From Minisyncoccota bacterium (lineage in GTDB: Bacteria > Patescibacteriota > Minisyncoccia > Phycocordibacterales > Phycocordibacteraceae), in assembly GCA_041658485.1 (NCBI GenBank), contig JBBAAE010000003.1, positions 10,300-74,299 of the forward strand: a DNA stretch of 64,000 bases. Reading direction: 5' to 3'. The position numbers were made by a program, and so were the translations under genes. Shown piece by piece: positions 17,672-27,961 of the stretch (position 1 is the first letter of the stretch; each line of letters starts with the position of its first letter). Below the pieces are notes generated by a model. That model searched no databases. It had not been told where the DNA came from and saw only the letters and a list, made by a program, of their open reading frames with translations.

Positions 17672-19204
17672 ATGAGACATCATCATTACTATTCAGATGG
17701 TTTCGCTATTTTTTTTATTGTGACGCTTGTGGCGTTGATTATGTACTCTGCATTCTCAAATCCGTATGGTCGAATGAGTCGCGTTAAGAATCCATTTGAA
17801 ACAAGACGACAGGGGAGAACCATCGCTCTTCTGAAGCGTTTCAATCTTAAAGTATGTAAGTCCTTCTTTTGGCACGGTTTTGCGTACGCGAAATGTGCGT
17901 GGCATATCGTTTCCAATGTGCATGCTGGTGAGAAAGCAAGGAGCCGAAGTCTCGAGGGTGTTATACGCGATATTCATAAGGTGCGATTTAATCCAAAGAG
18001 GCCCTATTTGATTTCAGGAGATCATTTTAATGTTTTTTATCCAAGGAATCTTGGTGTGTTTTATTATGCAACTCTTGATCCACGAACTGCATTAGGAAAA
18101 AGTGATTGGGAAAATAGACAGAGAATCTACCTTCAAACGGTTGCCTATGCAATCGCTGCATTTACAAAAAATGGCGATTGTACCACCACTATTGTGCCAG
18201 TAGGACCTCGAGCGGTGAGTTGTATAAATATCTATCACTATCCATCAGACGCTCTCTACGGTGTTCTTTTCGGTCTATCTACACTTATCGACAACTCCTT
18301 TTTCGTGAAGCGTTATCCTTTTGAATCAGAAAATAGTTTTGGACTTGAGACAAAGACTGCCGCTGGGAATCTTCTCGAAGAGAATCGTGATGCACTAGCG
18401 CTTCTTATTACGAAATACTACAACCGAGTTTTTGATACGAAAACAGGCTTAATTAAAAAGGATATTCATATTTCATCAGCGAAAGACATCACCGTGCGCA
18501 CGAGTGCGTTTTATGACAATATTATTTTTTGGAAAACATTTATGCTGGCGCGGACATTGGGTATAGAAAATATACCTGCAGTTGATCTCCCTAAGTTAAA
18601 GACCCGTATTCTCGAAACCTACTGGCAAGAGACAGAAGGGTACTTTTTAGAAGATAGCTCCTCTGAAGGGGTAGCGGGAAAATATTACTCCGCAGACTGG
18701 TTGGCTGCATACTTTACTGGATTCTTGGATGTCACAAAGTCTGACGAGAGGCGATATCTTGAGCGCGCAACTCTCTACACAATAAAGGAAGGGATTGATA
18801 TGCCATTTCCTTTGCGGTATCAACAAACCAACAGGGCGTCACGCCAAGTACCCATTGTCCGTCTTTTTGTTGCGTCCTATGGAGGTACCGCTATATGGAG
18901 TTTCTGGGGGGCGGAGTTTATAAAAGTTCTTGTTGCGTTATCTGAATATGATAATCAGCATTTATTCTTAGAGCGTGCTGCACGACATATTGGTGCATAT
19001 TCAAAAAATATGGTTCGTTACTATGGATATCCTGAAACCTACGATACGGCAGGAAATATGCTCCGCACTCCTTTCTATAATAGTGTTCGCCAGACTGGCT
19101 GGGTAGTTGGGTATGAGCAGGCAGTCGCAATGTTTAAATCAATGTCGACCCGATTAGAAGTTGCTAAATCAGATTCTGTTCTTGAGATTGTGGAGACACT
19201 ATGA
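17672..19204 (+). CDS. Large hypothetical protein with an N-terminal TM anchor (possible six-hairpin glycosidase-like fold)
   Basis: Internal ATG (MRHHHYYSDGFAIFFIVTLVALIMYSAF) followed by about 500 aa without a recognisable catalytic motif. The fold assignment is speculative. Confidence 0.4.
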   Translation: MRHHHYYSDGFAIFFIVTLVALIMYSAFSNPYGRMSRVKNPFETRRQGRTIALLKRFNLKVCKSFFWHGFAYAKCAWHIVSNVHAGEKARSRSLEGVIRDIHKVRFNPKRPYLISGDHFNVFYPRNLGVFYYATLDPRTALGKSDWENRQRIYLQTVAYAIAAFTKNGDCTTTIVPVGPRAVSCINIYHYPSDALYGVLFGLSTLIDNSFFVKRYPFESENSFGLETKTAAGNLLEENRDALALLITKYYNRVFDTKTGLIKKDIHISSAKDITVRTSAFYDNIIFWKTFMLARTLGIENIPAVDLPKLKTRILETYWQETEGYFLEDSSSEGVAGKYYSADWLAAYFTGFLDVTKSDERRYLERATLYTIKEGIDMPFPLRYQQTNRASRQVPIVRLFVASYGGTAIWSFWGAEFIKVLVALSEYDNQHLFLERAARHIGAYSKNMVRYYGYPETYDTAGNMLRTPFYNSVRQTGWVVGYEQAVAMFKSMSTRLEVAKSDSVLEIVETL

Positions 19205-19287
19205 AGAAAAAATCCCTATAATTTACTTCAATCATTAAAAAAAGAAAACGAGGGCTGGTAGCGTAGTCTTCATGTAATAATGAATCC

Positions 19288-19956
19288 ATGTTCTATTCTG
19301 AACGTATGAACAGAAGAGTGGTTCAAGGGAGTGTCATGCAGTGGTTAGTGCTCACTCTAGCGATTGTGTGTTTTTTGTCCCTGTGGATTTTCAATCACCC
19401 TTCGGCGCTTGGCTTATTTTTTGATGATTCGGTACTTGTTGCAAACGCAAGCATTCCTGAAGGTTGGCGTGAATTTGATTCTACAAAACTTGGTATTTCT
19501 ATTTTATATCCACCAGAGTATGTCGCTGATTCTTCATCCGTACATACGGAACTTGGTTCGCGTCAAGGCAGTAAAGGGGTGCAGTTTAAAATTCCTAAGT
19601 CATACACAGAGGGAAACAATCTCTCGCATATCGATACCGGTGTTTCTGTAGAGATACTCCCTCGTGTAGCGCCATGTACGGGCACCAGTTTTGTTGAAGA
19701 GGGTTTGGTGTCGAAGACATTAAAAGAAAAAGGTACCACCTACTTAATGACAAAGACTGCTGGTGCTGGCGCAGGTAATCTCTATGAAGAAACCGTGTAT
19801 GTGATTTCAGGAAGTGTGCCTTGCACGGCAGTGCGCTACTTTTTCCACTCTACGAACATTGGCAACTATAGCCCCGGTACAGTAGAGGCGTTCGATAAGC
19901 AGGCGCTACTGAAAGAATTTGATGCAATTCGTTACTCGCTCGTACTAACTCGATAA
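19288..19956 (+). CDS. Hypothetical secreted or membrane-anchored protein
   Basis: ATG start. Basic N-terminus then hydrophobic helix (WLVLTLAIVCFLSLWIF). Confidence 0.4.
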   Translation: MFYSERMNRRVVQGSVMQWLVLTLAIVCFLSLWIFNHPSALGLFFDDSVLVANASIPEGWREFDSTKLGISILYPPEYVADSSSVHTELGSRQGSKGVQFKIPKSYTEGNNLSHIDTGVSVEILPRVAPCTGTSFVEEGLVSKTLKEKGTTYLMTKTAGAGAGNLYEETVYVISGSVPCTAVRYFFHSTNIGNYSPGTVEAFDKQALLKEFDAIRYSLVLTR

Positions 19957-19975
19957 TTTAAAATTGATTCAACTT

Positions 19976-20467
19976 TTATTTCTTTACGTCATCAAACTCT
20001 CCGTGCTCCGGTAGATGTCCAACTTGTTTCAAAAGCATGGCGCGGAGTGTTTTTACAGCAAAGTAGAGTGCAAAGAGAAAGAGGATTGCTGTGGTTTCTC
20101 GGATGGCAAATAGTAAGAACGACTGTGAGTGATAGAAGTCAATCGCTGCCATTTCAAGGAGTAGTGCCCCCGTAGCAGACACTAGGGTATTGATTACCGC
20201 TACAGTTGGACTGTGGGGGTTTGTAAGGCCAGCGAGGAGAACGAGAAGGAGTGCACTTAAAAGTTCAAAGAATGTACCAAAAGGAAGAAGGTTTCCCCAG
20301 AGAGGAATAACCAGAACAGAGATTACTGCAATGGCAACAAAAATTCTACGAAGCGGGTCACCGTAGTAGTGTGCGACAATTATTTTTACTTTTCCCATTT
20401 GTCCAGATTGAACACCCGTATCCTTAGAATCTGTCTCAATATTGTTCATACATAACAATGGTATCAC
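19976..20467 (-). CDS. Hypothetical polytopic membrane protein
   Basis: 4-5 predicted TM helices. Divergent from the GH18 gene. Confidence 0.4.
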   Translation of the reverse strand: MIPLLCMNNIETDSKDTGVQSGQMGKVKIIVAHYYGDPLRRIFVAIAVISVLVIPLWGNLLPFGTFFELLSALLLVLLAGLTNPHSPTVAVINTLVSATGALLLEMAAIDFYHSQSFLLFAIRETTAILFLFALYFAVKTLRAMLLKQVGHLPEHGEFDDVKK

Positions 20468-20606
20468 TGGTAGAGACTTTAAATACCGCCAATCCTCGGT
20501 GCGGTGGGAGTATCTGCATTAAAAAGGAGTTAAGAGGAAATCGAAGCGTTTTTTACTATACGCGTCTTCGTCGAAGTAAATTATCTCACAGGGTATACTT
20601 ACCGTA

Positions 20607-21830
20607 ATGCAGTCAAAAAATGTATTTGCAGTGTGCGCTATTTTCGCTCTCTTGCTGACCTTTGGTGGCATGGCAGTTTCTGTAGATGCTGCATCAAAGC
20701 CAAAAACTCAGAAACTTGAAGTTTCGGGATGGCTCCCATATTGGCGTAAGGCTACATCAACAGCAGATGCTTTACTGCATATAGATGCGTTTACTGAAAT
20801 CAATCCTTTTGGTTATTCGGTAAAAAATGACGGAACATTGTCCGACACTATGAAAATAGATGAGGCTCCATGGCCTGAACTTATTGCTACTGCAAAAGCA
20901 AAAAAAGTGCGAGTTATTCCCACGGTGATGTGGTCAAACGGCGAAGCTATACACCGAATACTCAGCAATACTAAAACTCGTATCGCTCTTGAGGATGAAA
21001 TTGCTGCTCTTGTGAAGAAAAAAGGTTTCGATGGTATTGATATTGATTTTGAAGGAAAGAAGGCAGAAACAAAAGAATATTTCGCATTGTTTCTCAAAGG
21101 TTTATATCAAAGAATGGGAAACAAATGGGTGACGTGTGACATAGAGGCACGTACTCCTGTGTCATCACGCTACGACAGCACTCCGCCAGCAGACGCCACT
21201 CTCTATGCGAACGATTACGTTGCTATCAATAAATATTGCGACCGTGTGCACATAATGACCTATGATCAAGGTGCGATAGACGTGAAGCTCAATAGGGCAG
21301 CAAACGGTGCCCCGTATGTGCCTGTATCCGACCCGAAATGGGTTGAGAAAGTAATCACACTTGCATCGCAGACGATTTCGAAGAAAAAAATTGTTATAGG
21401 GGTTGCAACGTATGGCTATGAATATACGGTAACGCCACTTTCTGAATATGGATATCGGTATGACTTACAGTGGGCATTCAATCAAAAGTACGCATACGAC
21501 CTTATTGCCCAATATCAACCTAAGGTAGAGAGAAATAGCGCGGGAGAAATGAGCTTCACATATGTTCCAAATGTATTACCGAGCACAACCACCAACTCAA
21601 ACATTGACCCTCTATTAAATCTCATTCCTATCGCAACGACTTCGTATTCCGACGGTGTCACGAGTCCAGTTGCCACTGTTCCGTCCTACAATATCGTGTG
21701 GTGGAGTGATGCGAATGCCATCGCAGACAAGGTAGCTCTCGCAAAGAAGTTGGGAGTTAGGGGTATTGCTATATTTAAAATTGACGGCGGGGAAGACCCA
21801 AGCCTTTGGGATGTCCTCAAGAAAATCTAA
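20607..21830 (+). CDS. Secreted glycoside hydrolase family 18-like protein
   Basis: Signal peptide plus a GH18-type catalytic motif FDGIDIDFEG (D-x-D-x-E). GWLPYW at the barrel start. Confidence 0.6.
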   Translation: MQSKNVFAVCAIFALLLTFGGMAVSVDAASKPKTQKLEVSGWLPYWRKATSTADALLHIDAFTEINPFGYSVKNDGTLSDTMKIDEAPWPELIATAKAKKVRVIPTVMWSNGEAIHRILSNTKTRIALEDEIAALVKKKGFDGIDIDFEGKKAETKEYFALFLKGLYQRMGNKWVTCDIEARTPVSSRYDSTPPADATLYANDYVAINKYCDRVHIMTYDQGAIDVKLNRAANGAPYVPVSDPKWVEKVITLASQTISKKKIVIGVATYGYEYTVTPLSEYGYRYDLQWAFNQKYAYDLIAQYQPKVERNSAGEMSFTYVPNVLPSTTTNSNIDPLLNLIPIATTSYSDGVTSPVATVPSYNIVWWSDANAIADKVALAKKLGVRGIAIFKIDGGEDPSLWDVLKKI

Positions 21831-21884
21831 GTCTCGTCATTGGGATTTTGAGCACGGGCATTTTCGCTTTATTATAAGGGGTAC

Positions 21885-24830
21885 ATGGTTATACGGATTG
21901 ATGTCACACCTAAAATTCTGGATGCTCGGGCCGAAGTGAAGCTGAAAGCCTTTCGAGCACTTACAGGTTCAGTAGTTACAAAAGTGCACATTGTTGATTC
22001 GTATCTTATTGACGCGAAGCTCTCGCCGAGACAGGTGTCGCAGGTAGCGTACGCGCTTACTAACAGTGTGACTGAAGCGTCAACGGTGGGGTGCTCAGTC
22101 CCGCAGAAATTTGATTACGCTATTGAGATAGGATTCCTCCCAGGGGTTACTGATAATGTGGGCACCACTACCGAGCAGACAGCGGAAGATACGACCAAGC
22201 GTTCTTTTAAGGCAGGGGAGAAGGTGTACTCACTACAAGTATTTTTTATTGAAGGAGAATTGTCACGAGCACATGTAGAAAAAATTGCAGCGAGTTTACA
22301 TAACCCTCTTATTCAGTCTGCGCGGATATACGATTCGTCACTTAAAGGAAGAAAAACACTAACGAGTGTCCCTCGTGTTGCACTCGCCGGTTCATCTCGG
22401 GTACTCGAAGTGGATCTTGAGGTTAGCGATGAAGAGCTTCTCACTATAGGTACTCATGGAATTAAAAATGAGGATGGTACACACCGCGGTCCTTTAGCGC
22501 TTGATTTGGATGCACTCCACGCCATTCGTAATCATTTTCGGCACCTCCGTCGCAACCCAACTGATGTTGAACTCGAAGCATTGGCACAAACATGGTCAGA
22601 GCACTGCAAGCACACGATTTTTGCAAATCCGTTAGATTCTATTTCAGAAGGAATCTATAAGAAATATATTAAAGGAGCTACTGCAAAAATTCGCGCAAAG
22701 AAGGGAAAGAAAGATTTTTGTGTCTCAGTGTTTAAAGATAATGCAGGAGGAATTATATTTGATGAGAAATATGTGGTGACACATAAAGTAGAAACACATA
22801 ACAGTCCCTCAGCCTTAGATCCGTTTGGTGGAGCCATTACTGGTATTGTTGGTGTGAATCGAGACACGCTCGGGTTTGGGCTTGGTGCAAAACCAGTTGC
22901 AAATGTATATGGTTTTTGTTTCGCGTTCCCTGAAGACACACGAAAATTGTATAGGAATAAAAATCTAACGCAGGAGATGCTCCCACCAAAGCGCATAGCA
23001 GAGGGAGTTATTCAGGGAATTAATGCAGGTGGGAATCAGAGCGGTATTCCAACGCCAAACGGATTCATGCTATTTGACGATTCTTACAGAGGGAAGCCGT
23101 TGGTATTTGCAGGCACTGTAGGACTTATTCCAAAGAAAAACGGTAAACGAATTCTCTATGAGAAAAAGGCAAAATCAGGCGATTACATTGTCATGGTTGG
23201 TGGGCGAGTAGGCTTAGACGGTATTCATGGCGCAACGTTTTCGTCGGTGAGTTTAGATGCAGGAAGTCCTGCGACGGCTGTGCAGATTGGAGATGCTATC
23301 ACGCAAAAGAAATTCTCAGATGCTATTTGCAAGGAGGCAAGAGATTTGAATTTATATAACAGTATTACCGACAATGGTGCTGGCGGTTTGTCTTCTTCGG
23401 TTGCTGAAATGGCTCGAGAATCAAATGGGTGCAGAGTGGACCTTGAAAAGGTTCCGTTGAAATACCCAGGACTTCAGCCATGGCAAATATGGATTTCAGA
23501 ATCGCAGGAGCGCATGACGCTCTCGGTCCCTAAAGGAAAATGGAAGGCCTTTTCAAACTTGATGAAACGGCGGGACGTTGAGGCAACCGTCATAGGAGAG
23601 TTCACGCGCTCTGGCAGGTGTGTGGTTACGTACCAAAAAAAGAGTGTGATGGATTTGAAGCTCGAATTTTTGCATGATGGTTTGCCTAAAAAACAAATGC
23701 AGAGCAAAAAGCCCGAATGGGTTTTTGAAGAGCCTAAGCTCACTGAGCCTCAAGATTTTTCGAATCAAGTGATCTCACTTTTATCTCGCCACAATATTGC
23801 TTCGCATGAGTTTTTGGCACGACAATTCGATCATGAGGTGCAAGGTGGTTCCGTCATAAAACCAGTACAAGGTGCTGGTCGTGTTACAGGAGACGCGGGT
23901 GTGTTTCGTCCGCTCCTCTCCTCTAATCGGGGCGTTGTCTTGTCAAATGGAATTACGCCGTACTATGCAAATCTCGACCCTTACAAGATGGCTACTGCGT
24001 CAATTGACACTGCTATTCGGAATGCAATCGCGGTAGGAGCAACATTAGATCACCTAGCGATTCTCGATAACTTCTGTTGGGCATCATCAAACGAGCCTGA
24101 GCGCTTGTGGCAACTCAAAGAATCTGCACGAGCCTGCTACGATTTGGCAACTCTGTATGGAACGCCGTTCATTTCGGGTAAGGACAGCATGTTCAATGAT
24201 TTCAAGGGGTATGACGAAGATGGAGACTTTTTGAAAATTTCTATTCTGCCAACACTCTTGGTTTCCACTCTTGGTGTTATACAGAATGCTGAAAAGGCTA
24301 TTTCAATCGATGTAAAAAACTCTGGTGATAGCGTGTATGTTTTGGGAGAGACACATGATGAGCTTGGAGGCTCTGAATACTACCGCATGCTTGGAAGTAA
24401 GATTGGTGGGGAGGTGCCAGTTGTTGATGGTAAGAAAAACATGAAGCTCTACCGTGCGTTTACGCATGCTGGTGAGCTTGGGTTAGTAGCCTCTGCTATT
24501 TCTGTAGGAAGAGGAGGCCTTGCTGTTGCGCTTACTCGTATGAGTATGGCGGGCAAGCAGGGGCTTGATGTAAATCTTTCAGACATCGGGGGTGATGCAA
24601 AGCGTGTTGATTCAATTCTTTTCTCTGAATCACAAGGACGCATTGTTGCAACAGTCGCTCCTGAAAATGTTGAAAAATTCGAGCATATTTTTGCAGGTAC
24701 CGCCTTTCATAATGTTGGTACAGTTACGGATACTGGGAAGATTGCTATTGCATGTTCCAAGCACCATTCGGTACATTTTTCTGTCGAGCGAGCACTTCAG
24801 TCCTATCGTTCAACCTTTAAAAAATGGTAA
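21885..24830 (+). CDS. purL: Phosphoribosylformylglycinamidine synthase, fused PurS-PurL
   Basis: N-terminal PurS-like domain of about 90 aa, then PurL/AIRS-fold motifs (SHCKHTIF, VETHNSPSA, GVNRDTLGFGLGAKP, GISGKDSM). 981 aa. Confidence 0.85.
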   Translation: MVIRIDVTPKILDARAEVKLKAFRALTGSVVTKVHIVDSYLIDAKLSPRQVSQVAYALTNSVTEASTVGCSVPQKFDYAIEIGFLPGVTDNVGTTTEQTAEDTTKRSFKAGEKVYSLQVFFIEGELSRAHVEKIAASLHNPLIQSARIYDSSLKGRKTLTSVPRVALAGSSRVLEVDLEVSDEELLTIGTHGIKNEDGTHRGPLALDLDALHAIRNHFRHLRRNPTDVELEALAQTWSEHCKHTIFANPLDSISEGIYKKYIKGATAKIRAKKGKKDFCVSVFKDNAGGIIFDEKYVVTHKVETHNSPSALDPFGGAITGIVGVNRDTLGFGLGAKPVANVYGFCFAFPEDTRKLYRNKNLTQEMLPPKRIAEGVIQGINAGGNQSGIPTPNGFMLFDDSYRGKPLVFAGTVGLIPKKNGKRILYEKKAKSGDYIVMVGGRVGLDGIHGATFSSVSLDAGSPATAVQIGDAITQKKFSDAICKEARDLNLYNSITDNGAGGLSSSVAEMARESNGCRVDLEKVPLKYPGLQPWQIWISESQERMTLSVPKGKWKAFSNLMKRRDVEATVIGEFTRSGRCVVTYQKKSVMDLKLEFLHDGLPKKQMQSKKPEWVFEEPKLTEPQDFSNQVISLLSRHNIASHEFLARQFDHEVQGGSVIKPVQGAGRVTGDAGVFRPLLSSNRGVVLSNGITPYYANLDPYKMATASIDTAIRNAIAVGATLDHLAILDNFCWASSNEPERLWQLKESARACYDLATLYGTPFISGKDSMFNDFKGYDEDGDFLKISILPTLLVSTLGVIQNAEKAISIDVKNSGDSVYVLGETHDELGGSEYYRMLGSKIGGEVPVVDGKKNMKLYRAFTHAGELGLVASAISVGRGGLAVALTRMSMAGKQGLDVNLSDIGGDAKRVDSILFSESQGRIVATVAPENVEKFEHIFAGTAFHNVGTVTDTGKIAIACSKHHSVHFSVERALQSYRSTFKKW

Positions 24831-24832
24831 TT

Positions 24833-25435
24833 ATGGATGATAAAAAGTTCTGGAAAGGAAGATGGAGAGGGAGTTTTATTCAGACACCCAATCCTTTTGC
24901 TAAACGTGCATATGTATTAATGAAAAAGAAATATGTAAAGCGAGTTCTCGATCTTGGATGTGGAGACGGTAGGGACTCAATATATTTTGCTCGTAAAGGA
25001 GTCGCCGTTGAGGCGTTTGATTTTTCTGAAAGTGGTATTGAATCCCTAAAGATGAAGAGTCCAAGCATTAAGGCGCACATTGGGGATATTCGAAAATTGC
25101 CATTTAAGAAAAATTCATTTGATGCTGTCTACGCACATCTCAGTTTGCATTATTTTTCTGATTCAGAAACCGAAAAAATATTCTCTAAGATACATGCAAT
25201 GTTGAAGAAAGGTGGGTTACTCTTTGTTAAGTGTAAATCAACTGATGATCCTCTGTTTGGAAAAGGAAAGAAAATCGCTGAAAATACCTATCGCAGTGGA
25301 CATGTACGGCATTTCTTCACAAAAGAATACATGGCACAAAAGCTCGACCTTTTTAAAGTTCTCCAACTTAAGAAAAGCTCTTCCGCATACGCATCCTCGA
25401 AGTCATCTTTCATAGAGGCGATTGCACAGAAATAA
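24833..25435 (+). CDS. Class I SAM-dependent methyltransferase (TPMT/TehB-like)
   Basis: FWKGRWRG... and the SAM motif VLDLGCGDGRDSIYFARKG. Wedged between purL and purQ. Confidence 0.65.
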   Translation: MDDKKFWKGRWRGSFIQTPNPFAKRAYVLMKKKYVKRVLDLGCGDGRDSIYFARKGVAVEAFDFSESGIESLKMKSPSIKAHIGDIRKLPFKKNSFDAVYAHLSLHYFSDSETEKIFSKIHAMLKKGGLLFVKCKSTDDPLFGKGKKIAENTYRSGHVRHFFTKEYMAQKLDLFKVLQLKKSSSAYASSKSSFIEAIAQK

Positions 25436-25436
25436 T

Positions 25437-26225
25437 ATGAAAACCATTCCATCAAAAAAAGTTCGTGTTCTTGTCTTTTCCGGCTACGGTCTCAACTGCG
25501 AAGAAGAAGCGCGCTATGGCTTTGAGCTTGCAGGGGCAGATGCTGAAATTGTGCACATTAATGACATCATTGATGGGCATGTGAAGCTTGAAAAATATCA
25601 AATTCTCGCATTCCCTGGAGGCTTTGCGTATGGCGATGACACTGGTTCAGGTAAAGCATATGCAAATCGCGTTAAAAACCATCTCTCGAAGCCTTTGCAG
25701 AAATTTATAAAAGAAAAGAAACTGATTTTAGGTATCTGTAATGGCTTTCAAATCCTTACACAAATAGGACTTTTGCCAGGCGCGCTCACATTCAATGAGT
25801 CCAATCGCTATTCTGATAGATGGGTTGATATGGAAGTTGAGGGTACGAGCCCATGGCTTTCAGGGATTAAAAAACTATCAGCACCTATTGGACATGGAGA
25901 GGGGAGGTATGTAGCTGATGCAGATACTCTTCTCAATCTAAAGAAAAAAAATGAAGTAGCACTTCGCTATGTGAAAGGTGAGACGGCAACCTATCAAGAC
26001 TTGCCTGCAAACCCGAATGGCGCAACAGAAAATATTGCTGGCGTACTTTCCCATGAGGGAAGAGTGTTTGGTTTAATGCCACATCCCGACCGTGCGCTTT
26101 TTACAACAAATCTTCCGCATTGGACTGTCCTTAAGGAGAGTGCAAAGCGCTCGGGTGAAGTATTTCCTGAGTACGGCGCAGGTCTTCAGATATTTAAAAA
26201 TGGAGTTGAGTATTTCAAGAATTGA
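25437..26225 (+). CDS. purQ: Phosphoribosylformylglycinamidine synthase glutaminase subunit PurQ
   Basis: KVRVLVFSGYGLNCEEE, catalytic Cys in GICNGFQIL, and His/Glu downstream (MPHPDR). Confidence 0.85.
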   Translation: MKTIPSKKVRVLVFSGYGLNCEEEARYGFELAGADAEIVHINDIIDGHVKLEKYQILAFPGGFAYGDDTGSGKAYANRVKNHLSKPLQKFIKEKKLILGICNGFQILTQIGLLPGALTFNESNRYSDRWVDMEVEGTSPWLSGIKKLSAPIGHGEGRYVADADTLLNLKKKNEVALRYVKGETATYQDLPANPNGATENIAGVLSHEGRVFGLMPHPDRALFTTNLPHWTVLKESAKRSGEVFPEYGAGLQIFKNGVEYFKN

Positions 26226-26410
26226 CTTCCCTCAAGCTGTTGATACGATTAATATATGATTTTGTATTTTGTAGCAACCAGCGCAATGTTAATGGTAATG
26301 ATGTTCTCAATGAGAAGGCTGGTTTTGCGTACGATACACATTTAGTTCACAAAGCCCTCGGACAAAACCAGCCTTCGCCCAACGAGGGCTTTTTTAAATC
26401 AAAAATAATC

Positions 26411-26602
26411 ATGTCAGCAGAATCACAAAAAGATAATCGAATCGATGTTGAAGCCGTTTGTAGTATATGCAATGGTACGGGCTACAAAAGTAAAAAGCAC
26501 AGAGAGTATTACATACCCGGTAATCCTGCATTACATCTAGAGATACATAATGTGCCGTGTCCAAAGGGTTGTTTGGGAAAAATTCTGTATCCTAACGGAT
26601 AG
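26411..26602 (+). CDS. Small zinc-ribbon-like protein (about 63 aa); the longer TTG-initiated form is less likely
   Basis: Internal ATG gives MSAESQKDNRIDVEAVCSICNGTGYK...VPCPKGCLG with CxxC and CxxxC pairs. Confidence 0.3.
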   Translation: MSAESQKDNRIDVEAVCSICNGTGYKSKKHREYYIPGNPALHLEIHNVPCPKGCLGKILYPNG

Positions 26603-26871
26603 TTGGTTACATTTAATATCCATTTGGCTAGAATTTTTGTCGACGCCTGTCACGCTCAGTACGAATGCGTTTTTTGAACTCAGCAAAATTCTCAATAAGT
26701 TTTTCTGCTTCAATTAAAAGCCCTTCGAGTGCAGTGGTTTCTATTCCACTGAATAACGGATCAGGCTCTCCAAGGTTTTTGCGTTCTTTTCGTCCACTCA
26801 TAGTCTGCGGATACTACGGTATACCCTCTATTGGGTCAAATAATTAAGCCTGCTATAATTAAAGAATAAAT

Positions 26872-27396
26872 ATGGCACAAGCACAGGTGGGTATCATTAT
26901 GGGATCGGATTCGGATTTACCGGTCATGAAGGTAGCACTTGAAGTACTCCATGATTTAGGAATTGAATCAGAAATAACGGCACTCTCAGCTCATCGTGCA
27001 CCTGAGGCAGTTGCTGAATATGCTAAGACTGCAGTCGAGAGGGGACTAAAAGTGATTATTGCGGGAGCAGGTGTTGCCGCACATTTGCCAGGGGTCATTG
27101 CTGCATTCACCCCGCTTCCAGTCATTGGGGTCCCTATAAAAAGTTCTGGCACTGCAGGAATAGATTCACTATTCGCCATCGCACAAATGCCACCGGGAGT
27201 TCCTGTTGCAACTGTTGCAATAAACGGTGCAAAGAATGCAGGTATCTTAGCCGCTCAAATGATTGGTACTGGTGATTCCGCTATCCGTGAAAAAATTTCT
27301 GCATTCAAAGCAAAGTTAGAAAAAGAAGTTTTAGAGAAAGCACAAAAATTGGAAGAAAAAGGATTTGAACGATACATAAAAGAAAACCTCTCCTAA
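26872..27396 (+). CDS. purE: N5-carboxyaminoimidazole ribonucleotide mutase PurE
   Basis: VGIIMGSDSDLPVM...SAHRAPE...AGAGVAAHLPGV... are classic PurE motifs. Confidence 0.85.
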   Translation: MAQAQVGIIMGSDSDLPVMKVALEVLHDLGIESEITALSAHRAPEAVAEYAKTAVERGLKVIIAGAGVAAHLPGVIAAFTPLPVIGVPIKSSGTAGIDSLFAIAQMPPGVPVATVAINGAKNAGILAAQMIGTGDSAIREKISAFKAKLEKEVLEKAQKLEEKGFERYIKENLS

Positions 27397-27448
27397 TCCT
27401 AATGGCCCTTAGAGTTTGCCACCAGCTCCTCTTTTTTCCTTATGGACA

Positions 27449-27462
27449 CATTCGTACGAATG
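27449..27462. promoter_or_regulatory. 14-bp perfect palindrome CATTCGTACGAATG, candidate ArsR operator
   Basis: Lies about 50 bp upstream of the arsR start. The same core is the centre of the 48-bp palindrome downstream of arsR. Confidence 0.5.
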
Positions 27463-27511
27463 GTAGAATAAGGAGGTAGAGGTATAGGAATAATGAAGGA
27501 GGTAGAAATAT

Positions 27512-27778
27512 ATGAATGAAAAAGAATTGGAAAAGATTTTTAAAGCGTTTGCAAATCGTCGCCGACTTTTAATCGTTAAATTTTTGAAAAAGCATAAAGA
27601 AGCCTCAGTAGGGGAGGTTGCAAGAGAAATTAAACTTTCTTTCAAATCAACCTCTCGGCACTTAAGTGTTCTTGCGGGTGCGGGCATTCTTGATCGGGAA
27701 CAAAAAAGTATTCATATGTATTATTCAATTACGCCCACTATCCCTGAAGTCGCTCGTCGTATTCTTACCCTTCTATAG
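27512..27778 (+). CDS. ArsR/SmtB-family HTH transcriptional regulator
   Basis: FKAFANRRRLLIVKFL...ASVGEVAREIKLSFKSTSRHLSVLAGAGIL is a winged-HTH of the ArsR family. GGAGG RBS upstream. Confidence 0.75.
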   Translation: MNEKELEKIFKAFANRRRLLIVKFLKKHKEASVGEVAREIKLSFKSTSRHLSVLAGAGILDREQKSIHMYYSITPTIPEVARRILTLL

Positions 27779-27825
27779 ACACGATACATTCACCCATTCG
27801 TACGAATGGGTGAATGTATCGTGTC
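27778..27825. promoter_or_regulatory. 48-bp perfect palindrome (24-bp arms) centred on CATTCGTACGAATG
   Basis: gacacgatacattcacccattcgta|cgaatgggtgaatgtatcgtgtc overlaps the arsR stop. Candidate bidirectional terminator and second operator. Confidence 0.7.
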
Positions 27826-27870
27826 GTGTCGTGCTGTGATGTGATGTGGCTTGGCTTCGGGTGGGGTGGA
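27819..27870. repeat. GTG-rich tract with 5-nt periodicity
   Basis: gtgtc gtgtc gtgct gtgat gtgat gtggc ttggc ttcgg gtggg gtgga, between arsR and purM. Confidence 0.5.
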
Positions 27871-27961
27871 TTTAGGGTATATGGATGAGTGGTGGTGATC
27901 TGGTGTTGGAGGAACGTAAGGTGTTCTTAAATAAGGAGGGGTTTTGCGATATAGTAGGGGC

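Noticed and set aside
26628-26801. 57-aa minus-strand ORF (MSGRKERKNLGEPDPLFSGIETTALEGLLIEAEK...) between the zinc-ribbon ORF and purE
   Set aside because: Plausible but with no RBS or motif support. The region might instead be a promoter/UTR for purE.
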